A stretch of DNA of 64,000 bases from an uncultured Gammaproteobacteria bacterium (GTDB taxonomy: Bacteria; Patescibacteriota; Patescibacteriia; UBA2196), in NCBI GenBank assembly GCA_964435065.1, contig CAYSXS010000001.1:20538-84537 (forward strand), given 5' to 3'. A model generated the notes under the pieces. It was not told the DNA's origin. It saw nothing but the letters and a program-made list of their open reading frames with translations, and searched no databases. Every line of letters begins with the position of its first letter. Position 1 is the stretch's first letter. The translations under genes were made by a program, and so were the position numbers. Positions 1 to 9,589 of the stretch are shown piece after piece.

Positions 1-2
1 AT

Positions 3-812
3 ACAGATGAAGATATAGCAGATTTAGATGAAAGTACTTTGCAAATATATTATTGGGATCCTGCAACTAGTGCATGGGTTTTAACTGGTGGTACAGTAGA
101 TGTGGCTAATAATAGTATTTCAGTTGATGTAGCTCACTTTACTGTTTTTGCCGTTTTTGGCCAAGAAACATCAATATCAGAAGAAGATGCTGGAAGTTTA
201 ATTAAACTTGAATGTCCTGCAGGTGCTGGTGTTAACCACTCATGTAAAAGTGTATATTATGCAAACGACGGTAAACGCTATGCCTTTCCTGATGAAAAAA
301 CGTACAATAGTTGGTATACAGATTTTTCAGGAGTAGAAGCTGTTTCTCAAGAGGCATTATCCTCTTATCAGCTTGGTGGCAATGTTACTATGAGGCCAGG
401 TACTAATCTAATTAAGATTATGTCTGATCCAAAAGTATATGCTGTTGAGCCAGGTGGTGTTTTACGCTGGGTAGATTCTGAAGCTGCAGCTATGAATTTG
501 TATGGTGCTAATTGGTCAAGCAAGGTGGTTGATGTTTTAACCACTGCTTTCCCAGATTATGATGCCGATACAGCTGTATCTAATCCTTTAACTGATTCTA
601 GTAAACATCCAATTGGATCTTTGATTCAATATGCTGGTTCTGGAGATATATATTATATAACTGCAGGCAATGCAAAACGAGCATTTAGTAATTGGTCTGC
701 TTTTACTAATAACGGGCTTAGATCAGAATTTATAATTCAAACCGATGTAGACTACGCTGATGGTATTAATATCACTGGTTTAGAAACTGTTTTAACGAAG
801 ACAGCTAGTTAA
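3..812 (+). CDS. Cell-surface/S-layer-like protein, C-terminal part (5' end outside window)
   Basis: Frame is open from base 3. LIKLECP..CKSVYY..GKRYAFP..WY.DFS..GGNVTMRPGT.LIKI..DPKVYAV module typical of Parcubacteria exported proteins. Confidence 0.7.
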   Translation, partial: TDEDIADLDESTLQIYYWDPATSAWVLTGGTVDVANNSISVDVAHFTVFAVFGQETSISEEDAGSLIKLECPAGAGVNHSCKSVYYANDGKRYAFPDEKTYNSWYTDFSGVEAVSQEALSSYQLGGNVTMRPGTNLIKIMSDPKVYAVEPGGVLRWVDSEAAAMNLYGANWSSKVVDVLTTAFPDYDADTAVSNPLTDSSKHPIGSLIQYAGSGDIYYITAGNAKRAFSNWSAFTNNGLRSEFIIQTDVDYADGINITGLETVLTKTAS

Positions 813-834
813 TAAAAGACAATAAAACAAATTA

Positions 835-865
835 AAAGAACGTTCTTATTTCAAGAACGTTCTTT
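835..865. terminator. Bidirectional intrinsic terminator
   Basis: AAAGAACGTTCTT-ATTTC-AAGAACGTTCTTT inverted repeat between convergent genes, flanked by A/T tracts. Confidence 0.7.
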
Positions 866-881
866 GTTTTTTAAATATATG

Positions 882-2024
882 TTAAATATATATCTGTTCG
901 GTTTCTCTAAGAGTCTTATTTAAACTGAATTGTTTAACTTTTTCTAAGTTATTCTCTTTAAATACATTTTTTAAATTATCGTCTTCCAATATTTTTTCAA
1001 TTGCTTCAGCCAAATCTAGAGGTCTTTTTGATTTTACTAAAATTCCATTAACATTATCCTTAACAATTTCAGGATTACCACCTACATTAGTTGTAACAAT
1101 GGGTACACCAGCTGCTAAAGCTTCAATTAATGTATATGATAAACCCTCTTTAACTGATGGAAGGCAGAATATGTCAAAAGCAGGTAAATATTGTTGGGCA
1201 TTGTTTTTTTGTCCAATTAATTTAAAATTGTTTTCTAATCCTAATTTCTTAATTTCTTTTTCTAAACTCTCTTTTAAGGCTCCCTGACCAATTACAATAA
1301 ACTTCAAATCTTTGTATTTATCAACTAATATCTTAGCTGCACGGATTAGATATATTAAACCTTTAGTTTCATATAGGTTGGCAATAGTTCCGATTATTTG
1401 GTTTGTAATTTGTAATTTTTCTTTAGCTTCTTGTTTAGATAAAAAGTTTAAATTATCCAAATTAATACCATTATGTATGGTGATTAGTTTTTTAGGTTTA
1501 GCAATTTTGTTTTTTAAACAAGATTGTTTATCAAAATTTGATACGCATATTATCTTATCTTCACATTTGCCAGATATTTTTTCAGATGTTTTGTAATATG
1601 TCCTTTGCCAATAGGGTAGTGGTTCGTTTAGAACTAAACCATGCACAGTATATATTATCCTCATCTTTCTGTTTTTCAACTTTTTGTAAATCCACCCAAC
1701 AACTGCACCTGTTGCACCAATTTTACTTGAGTTTAAATGAATGACATCTGGTTTGATTTGTTTTAGTAAAGAATATATTTCAAAGCCAGATAAAAAATCA
1801 TTAATTGGTTTTAGGTTTCTTACAACATGTTTTAATCTGTGAACTTTGATATTTTGTTTTTCTAAGTCTATCATCCATTGTTCTTCTTTTCCTTCACCAA
1901 CACCAACCTCAACTTCAAATCGATCTTTGTTTAAACCTAAAGCTAAGTCATGAATATATTTTTGTGCTCCACCTGGATCAGTTTGAGTAACAAGGTAGAG
2001 TATTTTTGTTTTTTTATCATTCAT
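882..2024 (-). CDS. Glycosyltransferase family 4
   Basis: GGAQ N-terminal motif, IHNG, EGLSYTLIEA (EX7E). Confidence 0.92.
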   Translation of the reverse strand: MNDKKTKILYLVTQTDPGGAQKYIHDLALGLNKDRFEVEVGVGEGKEEQWMIDLEKQNIKVHRLKHVVRNLKPINDFLSGFEIYSLLKQIKPDVIHLNSSKIGATGAVVGWIYKKLKNRKMRIIYTVHGLVLNEPLPYWQRTYYKTSEKISGKCEDKIICVSNFDKQSCLKNKIAKPKKLITIHNGINLDNLNFLSKQEAKEKLQITNQIIGTIANLYETKGLIYLIRAAKILVDKYKDLKFIVIGQGALKESLEKEIKKLGLENNFKLIGQKNNAQQYLPAFDIFCLPSVKEGLSYTLIEALAAGVPIVTTNVGGNPEIVKDNVNGILVKSKRPLDLAEAIEKILEDDNLKNVFKENNLEKVKQFSLNKTLRETEQIYI

Positions 2025-2128
2025 ATGTGTATGTTTTAAATATATACTAATTTAAGCTAAAAATCAAAAATTGTTTGCCAAAAGGGTGTTTAAATTGTAA
2101 AATGTAGGTGTGATAACTTACTGAAATT

Positions 2129-3265
2129 ATGTCTGAAAAGCAAAGAACTAAACCCAAAGTTCTAGTTTTAAGTTTAACGTATTTACCCTATATAGGCGGA
2201 GCTGAGGTCGCTATAAAAGAGATCTCAAGCCGTTTAGAGGGTTTTTTTACTTTTGATGTATTAACTGCTAGATTAGACAGGAAATTACCCAAATACGAGC
2301 AAATAGACGGTATTGGTGTATATAGGGTTGGGGTTGGGCATAAGACAATAGATAAGTATATATTTACGTTTTTTGGGTTTTTTAAAGCTCTAAGATTACA
2401 CTTAAAGAATAGGTATTCGATTGTTTGGTCAATCATGGCAGCCTATTCTAGTTTTTCTGCTTTGTTTAGAATATTCACAAAAGCAAAAGTGGTTTTAACT
2501 TTACAAGAAGGAGATCCAATAGAATATATTACTGGTTTGAAAAGATTTAAGATATTTTTACCAGCATACAAAATATATTTTAAATTAGTAAATAAAGTAA
2601 CAGTAATTAGTAGTTTTCTTGGTAACTGGGCAGAATATCTAGGTGTTAAAAAAGAAAAGATCGTTCTTGTACCTAATGGAGTTGATTTTAAAAAGTTTAG
2701 TGAGATTGATAAAAAGAAAGATGGGGGAAATAAAGTGATTTTTACAGCATCTAGATTAGTTGAAAAAAACGGAGTTGAAGATTTAATCAAAGCAGTTAGT
2801 CTTTTAAATGATCCACAGATTGTTTTAAGAATTGCTGGAGATGGCCCATTAAGAAAACAATTAGAAAAATTAGCTAAAGAATTAAATTTAGAGAGCAATA
2901 TTTTTTTAGGAAAGATAGAGCATGAAAAAACATTAAAATATTATGCTCAAGCTGATGTATTTTGTAGGCCGTCGCTTTCGGAAGGATTTGGCAATGTATT
3001 TCCAGAGGCAATGGCAGCAGGAATTCCTATAATAGCTACGCCAGTTGGTGGAATATTGGATTTTTTAAAAGACAAAGAAACAGGTTGGTTTTGTAAAGTT
3101 AAAAATCCTGAAAGTATTGCAGATAAGATAAGATATATTTTAGATGAGAATAATGTTAATGAAGTTAATATGGTGGTGAGTAATGCAAAAAAGATGGTAA
3201 AGGAAAAATATACATGGGATAAGATTAGCGAGCAAATGAATAAAGTATTTAAAGAATTATGTTAA
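2129..3265 (+). CDS. Glycosyltransferase family 4
   Basis: GGAE, VPNGVD, SRLVEKNG, EGFGNVFPEA. Confidence 0.92.
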   Translation: MSEKQRTKPKVLVLSLTYLPYIGGAEVAIKEISSRLEGFFTFDVLTARLDRKLPKYEQIDGIGVYRVGVGHKTIDKYIFTFFGFFKALRLHLKNRYSIVWSIMAAYSSFSALFRIFTKAKVVLTLQEGDPIEYITGLKRFKIFLPAYKIYFKLVNKVTVISSFLGNWAEYLGVKKEKIVLVPNGVDFKKFSEIDKKKDGGNKVIFTASRLVEKNGVEDLIKAVSLLNDPQIVLRIAGDGPLRKQLEKLAKELNLESNIFLGKIEHEKTLKYYAQADVFCRPSLSEGFGNVFPEAMAAGIPIIATPVGGILDFLKDKETGWFCKVKNPESIADKIRYILDENNVNEVNMVVSNAKKMVKEKYTWDKISEQMNKVFKELC

Positions 3266-3696
3266 AAAATGTTTTTAAATTAATTTGGCAAATTATTTGG
3301 CATCGAACTATTCTTCGATGGCAACAGTTTTTTAAATTTTGTGTGGTAGGAACAACAGGAGCTATTATTGATATTGGTGGGCTATATATCCTGGTTGAAT
3401 TTTTAGGTATACATTATCTTGTGGCTGCTACAATATCTTTTATAGTAGCTGTAATTAATAACTATTTTCTTAATAAATATTGGACATTTAAGAATAAGAG
3501 TAAAGAACATACAAAACAGTTTATTGGCTTTGTATTAGTCAGTATTGCTGGGCTATTGATCAGTTTAGGTGTTATGTATGCGTTAACTGAATGGATAGGC
3601 GTATGGTACTTGCTTTCTAAGGCAATAGCAGCTATTATTGTTTTATTCTGGAATTTTTTTATGAACAAATATGTAACTTTTAAAGAATATGAATAA
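3259..3696 (+). CDS. GtrA-family membrane protein (lipid-sugar translocase-like)
   Basis: KFCVVG, four TM helices, NKYWTF / NKYVTF. Confidence 0.88.
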   Translation: MLKNVFKLIWQIIWHRTILRWQQFFKFCVVGTTGAIIDIGGLYILVEFLGIHYLVAATISFIVAVINNYFLNKYWTFKNKSKEHTKQFIGFVLVSIAGLLISLGVMYALTEWIGVWYLLSKAIAAIIVLFWNFFMNKYVTFKEYE

Positions 3697-4879
3697 AGAT
3701 AAAAAAATATTTATAGCAGCAGACATATTCCCTCCAACATCAGGTGGCCCAGCCACTTATTCTTTAAATTTAGCTAAAAGTTTACACAAAAAAGGATATA
3801 CAGTTAGGGTTTTAACTTATGGGCATTTACACCAAAGAAAACCAAAAGTAGATTTTAAAATAACTAAAGTTAGTTCGCGCTGGCCTTTGCTTTTGAGGTA
3901 TCTTTTCTACTTCATACATTTGTTTATTCGATCATATAACTATGATGTAATTTATGCTCAAGGACCAGTAGCATCTGGTTGGCCAAGCCTTTTCGTTTCT
4001 AGACTTACAGCAAAGAGGTTAATTGTTAAAGTTGTTGGTGATTATGCTTGGGAACAAGCTAGATTAACACACAAAACCGAACAAGGGATTGAAGAATGGC
4101 AAATAAAGCCAGAATATAAGGAAAAAATAATTGGAAAATCTAGATTACTTATTAAAGCAGAGAAAGCTGTTGTTAAAGCTGCTGATAAAGTTATTGTTCC
4201 TTCTCATTATTTAAAAAAGATAGTAACTGGTTGGGGAGCAAAAGAAGGACAGGTGGAGGTTATATATAACAGCATATCGTTACCAGAAGCTGTAGATATT
4301 TCTAAAGGTGAAGTAAAGAAAAAAATAGGAATTTCTGGGAATATTTTAGTTTCAGTTAGTCGTCTAGTCCCCTGGAAAGGTTTTGAGTTTTTAATCAAAC
4401 TCATGCCTGACTTGTTGAAAATAAATCCAGAATTTAAATTAATCATTGTTGGTGATGGACCAGAATTAAAAAAATATCAAACAATCGTTCAAGATTTAAA
4501 CTTAGTTGAAAAAGTTTTTTTACCTGGTCGTATGTCACAAGAAAAACTTTTATTGTATTTCAAGGCAGCAGATATGTTTTTACTAAATACTGAATATGAA
4601 GGTTTGTCACATTTAATACTAGAGGCTATGTTCTGCAATGTCCCAGTTATTGTTTCAAATAGAGGTGGTAATCCTGAAATTATTGATCATGAAATTAATG
4701 GTTTGCTGGTTGAATATAGCAACAAAGAAGGATGGTTAAAAGCTATTACTAGAATTTGGGAAGATGAGGATAATAAGCTAAGAAAAAGGCTTACAGAACA
4801 TCCAACACCAAAACTTCCATGTTTTAACTTTGATGAATTAGTTAAAAGAACTTTAGAGGTTCTTTTAGAAGAAGATTAA
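3689..4879 (+). CDS. Glycosyltransferase family 4
   Basis: GGPATY, SRLVPWKG, EGLSHLILEA. Confidence 0.92.
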   Translation: MNKDKKIFIAADIFPPTSGGPATYSLNLAKSLHKKGYTVRVLTYGHLHQRKPKVDFKITKVSSRWPLLLRYLFYFIHLFIRSYNYDVIYAQGPVASGWPSLFVSRLTAKRLIVKVVGDYAWEQARLTHKTEQGIEEWQIKPEYKEKIIGKSRLLIKAEKAVVKAADKVIVPSHYLKKIVTGWGAKEGQVEVIYNSISLPEAVDISKGEVKKKIGISGNILVSVSRLVPWKGFEFLIKLMPDLLKINPEFKLIIVGDGPELKKYQTIVQDLNLVEKVFLPGRMSQEKLLLYFKAADMFLLNTEYEGLSHLILEAMFCNVPVIVSNRGGNPEIIDHEINGLLVEYSNKEGWLKAITRIWEDEDNKLRKRLTEHPTPKLPCFNFDELVKRTLEVLLEED

Positions 4880-4884
4880 TATAT

Positions 4885-6015
4885 ATGAAAGTATTAATGT
4901 TTTCAATGGATAAGACTTTGCTTGGTGCTACCAAAAGTGGCGGTGATGCAGTTAGACGCCATAAGGTTTATAGTGAGTTTTGTGATGAATTAAATATTGT
5001 TGTTTTTTGTAAAAAAGGATTTAAAAAACAGCAGTTGTCTAAGAATGTTTTTGTCTGGCCAACCAATTCATTAACTCGATGGGGGTTCTTTTTCAGTGGA
5101 TATATGATTGGTAAAGGAATATACAAGAATTCACCTTTTAATTTAGTAATAGGGGATATATTTACTGCTCTACCTGCCTGGTTTCTAAAAGTAAGGTTTA
5201 AAGTAAAGTTTTTAATGCATTTTCATGGAGATTTTTGGGGAAACAAAGATGCTTTAGAAAAAAAATGGCACAATTATTTTCTTTTGATATTTAGTAAATT
5301 TTTATCTCGTAGAGCTAATGCTGTTAGAGTTGTTTCAAAAAGGATAAAAGAAAAATTAGTTAAAGAAGGTATTAAAAAAGATAAGGTTTATGTTATTTCA
5401 ACTCCTGCAGATTTAAGTAAGTTTTTAACTTTTGATCAAACACGTGTGTATGAGTTAAAACAGAAATATCCAAATAAAAATATATTGTTTGTTGGAAGAC
5501 TTGAAACTGTAAAGAACTTAGATTGGTTTTTAGAAGTATTTAAAGAAATTAAGAAAGGATATACAGATGTTAGGTTTTTAATTGCAGGTGAGGGAAGTGA
5601 AAAAATAAATTTAGAATTAAAAGTAAAAGAATTAAAATTAGAGGATAGTGTGAAATTTTTGGGTAAAGTAGATTATGATAACCTAACAAACTATTATCAA
5701 TTAGCCGATATATTTGTTTTACCATCATTATCTGAAAGTTTTGGTAGGGTTTTAGTAGAGGCAGGAGCTAGTGGTACACCTTGTGTTGCTAATGCAACTA
5801 CAGGAGCTAAAGACGTTATTAAAGACAAAGAAACAGGCTTCTTAGTGTCGATTAACAACCAAAAACAAACGATAGATAAAGTAATAACTCTATTAAAAGA
5901 TAGTAAATTAGGTGTAAAGATGGGGAACAAAGCACAAGAGTTTGTAAAAGAAAACTTTGATGGCGATATACAAACAAAGAAGATAATTAGATTGTGGCAA
6001 GATTTAATATTTTAA
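4885..6015 (+). CDS. Glycosyltransferase family 4
   Basis: VGRLETVKN, ESFGRVLVEA. Confidence 0.92.
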   Translation: MKVLMFSMDKTLLGATKSGGDAVRRHKVYSEFCDELNIVVFCKKGFKKQQLSKNVFVWPTNSLTRWGFFFSGYMIGKGIYKNSPFNLVIGDIFTALPAWFLKVRFKVKFLMHFHGDFWGNKDALEKKWHNYFLLIFSKFLSRRANAVRVVSKRIKEKLVKEGIKKDKVYVISTPADLSKFLTFDQTRVYELKQKYPNKNILFVGRLETVKNLDWFLEVFKEIKKGYTDVRFLIAGEGSEKINLELKVKELKLEDSVKFLGKVDYDNLTNYYQLADIFVLPSLSESFGRVLVEAGASGTPCVANATTGAKDVIKDKETGFLVSINNQKQTIDKVITLLKDSKLGVKMGNKAQEFVKENFDGDIQTKKIIRLWQDLIF

Positions 6016-6034
6016 ATTGTTAAAATTAAATATC

Positions 6035-6067
6035 TAAAAACCAGCTTAAATTAAAAGCTGGTTTTTA
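6035..6067. terminator. Bidirectional intrinsic terminator
   Basis: TAAAAACCAGCTT...AAGCTGGTTTTTA between convergent genes. Confidence 0.75.
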
Positions 6068-6077
6068 AGTATATGTT

Positions 6078-6950
6078 TTATTGATTATTTTGCTTTCTTG
6101 ACGAGTTTTTTATTTGGTTTAGTTCTTCTATTCCTTCTGCACGTGTTTTTCTAATTTGGGCGCGTACTTCAACATTATCTTTGATAAGTTCTTTCTTTTT
6201 ATCTTGTATGTCTTGCCAAAGTTCTTTATTTTCTGTCTTTATTTCGTTTAGCTTGTTTTGTATTTCTTCTCCAACTTCTGGTGTAGCGTCTTGCAACTCT
6301 TCAACAAAATTGTATTGTATCGCTCTTCTTACTGCATTTGATGTTCTATTTTGTATAGTGTTTTTTAATCGTTCAGCAAACTGCTCTTTATTTTCTAATT
6401 TCATCATTGTTTGGCTAAACTGTTGTAAGTGTGTTTCGCGTTGGGTACGTATTTTTTCCATTGCCCGTTCAGGAACTTGAGTTTCAAGTTTTTGCATTAT
6501 TTCTTGATGTTTTAATAGATGATCTGAGTATTTATCTAAAAATTTATTTAACTTTTCTGCATCAGGGTTATTTTCTTTAGCCTGCATAACTCTACTATTA
6601 ACTTTTTCCATTAAATCATCATATTTATTGCTTACTTTTTCTAGTAGTTTTTCAGCTTTTTCATCATCTGGGTTTTCATCTAAATATTTTTGGATTTTTA
6701 ATAACTGAGAACTGGCTTGTTGTAATTGTAATTCAGATTTTTTAATTGGATTTTTTGTAACAAATATTTTTACATTTCTCCAAGCATTGTGAAACCAAGA
6801 AGTTCCTCCAATATCTAAATCTTCTTCAGTGACCTCTAGTGTGGTTTCTTCTGGTTCGTCTACAGTTTCTGTTGTTTCTGCGGATACAGTTGCAGAGAAA
6901 CAAAAAACCATAGCAAATATGGTTGTCATTAAAATTGTTTTTTTGAGCAT
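6078..6950 (-). CDS. Secreted alpha-helical/coiled-coil protein (DUF5667-like)
   Basis: Signal peptide, acidic linker, W..VKIFVTKNPIKKSEL.L..A segment, charged helical remainder. Confidence 0.6.
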   Translation of the reverse strand: MLKKTILMTTIFAMVFCFSATVSAETTETVDEPEETTLEVTEEDLDIGGTSWFHNAWRNVKIFVTKNPIKKSELQLQQASSQLLKIQKYLDENPDDEKAEKLLEKVSNKYDDLMEKVNSRVMQAKENNPDAEKLNKFLDKYSDHLLKHQEIMQKLETQVPERAMEKIRTQRETHLQQFSQTMMKLENKEQFAERLKNTIQNRTSNAVRRAIQYNFVEELQDATPEVGEEIQNKLNEIKTENKELWQDIQDKKKELIKDNVEVRAQIRKTRAEGIEELNQIKNSSRKQNNQ

Positions 6951-7010
6951 AGATTTTGTTTAATTTATATATTTTTATTATATCATGTATTCAGTATATT
7001 TCCGATAATG

Positions 7011-7030
7011 TAACCGTATATATGGTGTTA
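7011..7030. repeat. Minimal AAC...GTT palindromic site at left end of satellite array
   Basis: TAACCGTATATATGGTGTTA. The right half matches TATACGGTGTTA (7776-7787). Confidence 0.45.
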
Positions 7031-7050
7031 GGTGACAGTTGGGCTATTTT

Positions 7051-7548
7051 TTAGTCCATAAACTGGAAAGAATCTACTAAGTATTGAAAAATATCATCAT
7101 CATTTTGAGATTGTATGCTATAGATATTATCATCTTTTTCAATATTAATTAGATATACATCATCATTTAACATGTTACTAAAATAAGATTGTTTTTCGGC
7201 AGAATAATTATCTACGGTCATGTTTTTAATATTTTTATATTCTATTGCTATGGCTTCTATTTTTTTATGGTACACATCTTTATTGGTAATACTTATAGAA
7301 AGTAATGGTGGTGGCATAATGCCTTTGTTTGTGAATATCGTTTTATTAATAAACCAAGTATCACTTCCCTCAATTTTCGTGACATTCCATTCTTTTGGAT
7401 AGTCAAATTTAAACCTATACGGATTATTTTGGTAAGTCTGCCAGTTTTTAGTTTGATTGTTCTGTGTAGTAACTGAAGATTGTTGCCACCACCAAAAACC
7501 ACCACCAATAATAACAATTACAATAATTAAAATGATTATTTTTCTCAT
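7051..7548 (-). CDS. Membrane-anchored protein (PsbP-related-like); putative cassette cargo
   Basis: N-terminal TM, WQTYQN..Y.FKFDYPKEW motif, C-terminal ..LVDSFQF. Lies between two AAC...GTT sites. Confidence 0.65.
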   Translation of the reverse strand: MRKIIILIIVIVIIGGGFWWWQQSSVTTQNNQTKNWQTYQNNPYRFKFDYPKEWNVTKIEGSDTWFINKTIFTNKGIMPPPLLSISITNKDVYHKKIEAIAIEYKNIKNMTVDNYSAEKQSYFSNMLNDDVYLINIEKDDNIYSIQSQNDDDIFQYLVDSFQFMD

Positions 7549-7585
7549 ATTGTTAAATTAGTAATAAAAATTAGCACAATTTTGC

Positions 7586-7787
7586 TAATGTATGTGTGCA
7601 TCTGAAGTTTGGCACTAATTTTCCTATATTAAAAGTAGTAGCTCTCAATAAATGAAAAAGGATATATCTAACACCAAAACTCCACCCAAACCCCACAAAA
7701 ATTAGTGGGGGACTTGGGTGGAAGAGAATGGACACTCCTTAAGGATTTAATTAATGTCGATTCTCTGTAGCCAGATATACGGTGTTA
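7586..7787. repeat. attC-like branched hairpin site
   Basis: Starts TAATGTATGTGTGCATCTGAAGTTT (shared with 45816 and 46901) and ends CCAGATATACGGTGTTA (cf. CCAGATACACGCCGTTA at 45909). Inner stems TCCACCCAA/TTGGGTGGA, CCCCAC/GTGGGG, AGAGAAT/ATTCTCT. Confidence 0.65.
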
Positions 7788-8113
7788 TACGACGTAATCT
7801 AAAAGCCGATTCATTATAAATTTTGGTAATTTATTTATTTTGATCCCTTAGTATTTCCAACACTTTTTCTGGTGGATTGCCGTACCCTTCGCCAGTGTAT
7901 TTATCTGCAACAGCTTTTAGTTCCGGCTTGGAAGCGATAAGATCATTTATTGTATTTTGAGGCGATATTTCGCCTGCGTTTTCTTTCTCCATAAAATTTT
8001 TGCGTTATTAATTAATGTTAAAATATATAGAATTATCTTTATACGTCGACCCGACAATAAATTACCAAAATTATTAATAAAATATATAGAGGCTTTTTAT
8101 TATGTCGTATAAC
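7784..8113 (-). mobile_element. Putative gene cassette bounded by long inverted repeats
   Basis: GTTATACGACGTAAT...ATTATGTCGTATAAC, plus AAAAGCC/GGCTTTT and AATTTTGGTAATTTATT/AATAAATTACCAAAATT. Encloses one small ORF. Confidence 0.65.
7831..7992 (-). CDS. 53-aa hypothetical protein (not in ORF track), cassette cargo
   Basis: Manual translation MEKENAGEISPQNTINDLIASKPELKAVADKYTGEGYGNPPEKVLEILRDQNK*. Fills the loop of the IR-bounded segment. Confidence 0.6.
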   Translation of the reverse strand: MEKENAGEISPQNTINDLIASKPELKAVADKYTGEGYGNPPEKVLEILRDQNK

Positions 8114-8365
8114 GCCGACGGATAGGCGAAGCCTAACGAAGGACTTTCCGCAGGATGTAAGCCGAAGGCTTACAGACTAAGGAAAGGACTGAGTTAGGTT
8201 TGGGCCGAGCAGGGTGAGTGCAGGATCTGGGCGAGCCGCTTATCCGTTGTTGTCAGAAGAATCGTGAGCCTCTAGAAGGCCCAAGCCTATCCGTCGGCGT
8301 TGTCAAAAATTGAGGAGCAAGACTGGAACGAAGTGGAAGGCGAGCGAACGATATTTTTGACAACT
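8111..8365. repeat. 255-bp GC-rich structured element, copy 1 (hairpin site plus 66-bp empty cassette)
   Basis: Identical by eye to 47553-47807. Perfect 17-bp IR AACGCCGACGGATAGGC/GCCTATCCGTCGGCGTT, then GTTGTCAAAAAT...ATTTTTGACAAC. Confidence 0.93.
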
Positions 8366-8536
8366 CGTTATTATCTGGCCTTTTTGAATATAATATACAA
8401 TATTTTGTATGTTATATGAATATTTGATATAAATCAGTTTTTGTTTATAATTTCATCTTAATTCTAGCTAAAATATGACCTTTATGCAAATAAAGTGCCA
8501 TTTACTAGAACGAAGAAATAGTATAAGATTAAGTAT

Positions 8537-9589
8537 ATGAAGTTACTGTTTTTTACTAGAAAAATAAATAGAAACGACCCAAAAGCAGGGTTTGTTTCGG
8601 ATTGGGTGGAGAAACTGGCTAATGAGGTTGGTTTTTTATATATTTTGGTTTGGCAAAAGTCTAAAGCAGAGAATTTGCCAAAAAATGTTAAATTGATCGA
8701 ATTGCCAAAGAATAAAATATTAAGACTGTGGATTTTAAAATTTAAGCTTTTTAAATATATTCCTAAGGTTGATGGTGTGTTTACACATATGATGCCTATT
8801 TATCCAATTTTAGCTGGTTTTTTTACAAAGATCTTTAGAAAAAAACTTGTTCATTGGTATATGCATAAGAGTGTAGATTGGAAATTAAAGTTATCTAACT
8901 GGTTTGTTGATGAATATGTTTCAGCTTCTAAAGAAAGTTTTAGGTTAAAAACTAAAAAACCAGTCAATATATTTGGTCACGGGATAAATATTAATAAGTT
9001 TAATTTTTTAAATAAACAAGTTGAGAATGAAAATTTTAATATTCTAAGTGTAGGAAGAATAAGTCCAACTAAGAATATTGATACTTTGATTAAAATTGCA
9101 GAGCAAATTCAATTGAATAACCCAGAGTTTAGAGATAAATATATTTTTCAAATAGTTGGTGGCCCAGGGTTAGTATCTCAACAGAAATATTATTTAGATC
9201 TAATAGAAGAAGTTAAAGAAAAAGATTTAAATAATGTTGTTGATTTTATCGGTCCTTTACCTCAAGAAGAAATTTTAGAGTATTACAAAAATTGTGATTT
9301 GTTTATTAATCTATCAGATACAGGTTCAATAGATAAGGTTGTTTTAGAAGCTATGGTGAGTAATAAATTGGTTTTAACTTCAAACGAGGCGTTTAAAAAG
9401 ATTCTTCCTTCAGAACTGTTTTGTGAATCTAAAGATGTAGAATATTTGATTGATAAGATAAAAGAAATGTATTCCATACCAGAAGAGAAGAAAAAAGAAT
9501 TACAACAGCGATTAAAATATGAAGTAATTACTAATCATAATTTAGATAACTTAGTAAAAAAAATAGTGAAACTATATGAAAAAAATTGA
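8537..9589 (+). CDS. Glycosyltransferase family 4
   Basis: GHGI, VGRISPTKN, GSIDKVVLEAM. Confidence 0.9.
   Translation: MKLLFFTRKINRNDPKAGFVSDWVEKLANEVGFLYILVWQKSKAENLPKNVKLIELPKNKILRLWILKFKLFKYIPKVDGVFTHMMPIYPILAGFFTKIFRKKLVHWYMHKSVDWKLKLSNWFVDEYVSASKESFRLKTKKPVNIFGHGININKFNFLNKQVENENFNILSVGRISPTKNIDTLIKIAEQIQLNNPEFRDKYIFQIVGGPGLVSQQKYYLDLIEEVKEKDLNNVVDFIGPLPQEEILEYYKNCDLFINLSDTGSIDKVVLEAMVSNKLVLTSNEAFKKILPSELFCESKDVEYLIDKIKEMYSIPEEKKKELQQRLKYEVITNHNLDNLVKKIVKLYEKN

Noticed and set aside
8111-8365. 255-bp repeat as tRNA, riboswitch, CRISPR or IS/MITE
   Set aside because: No cloverleaf or T-loop, no recognised aptamer, no repeat-spacer periodicity, no TSD, and no transposase in the window.
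8475-8486. ATGACCTTTAT shared with about 47835, as a remnant attI in the satellite array
   Set aside because: An 11-bp AT-rich match at different distances from the repeat; not distinguishable from chance.
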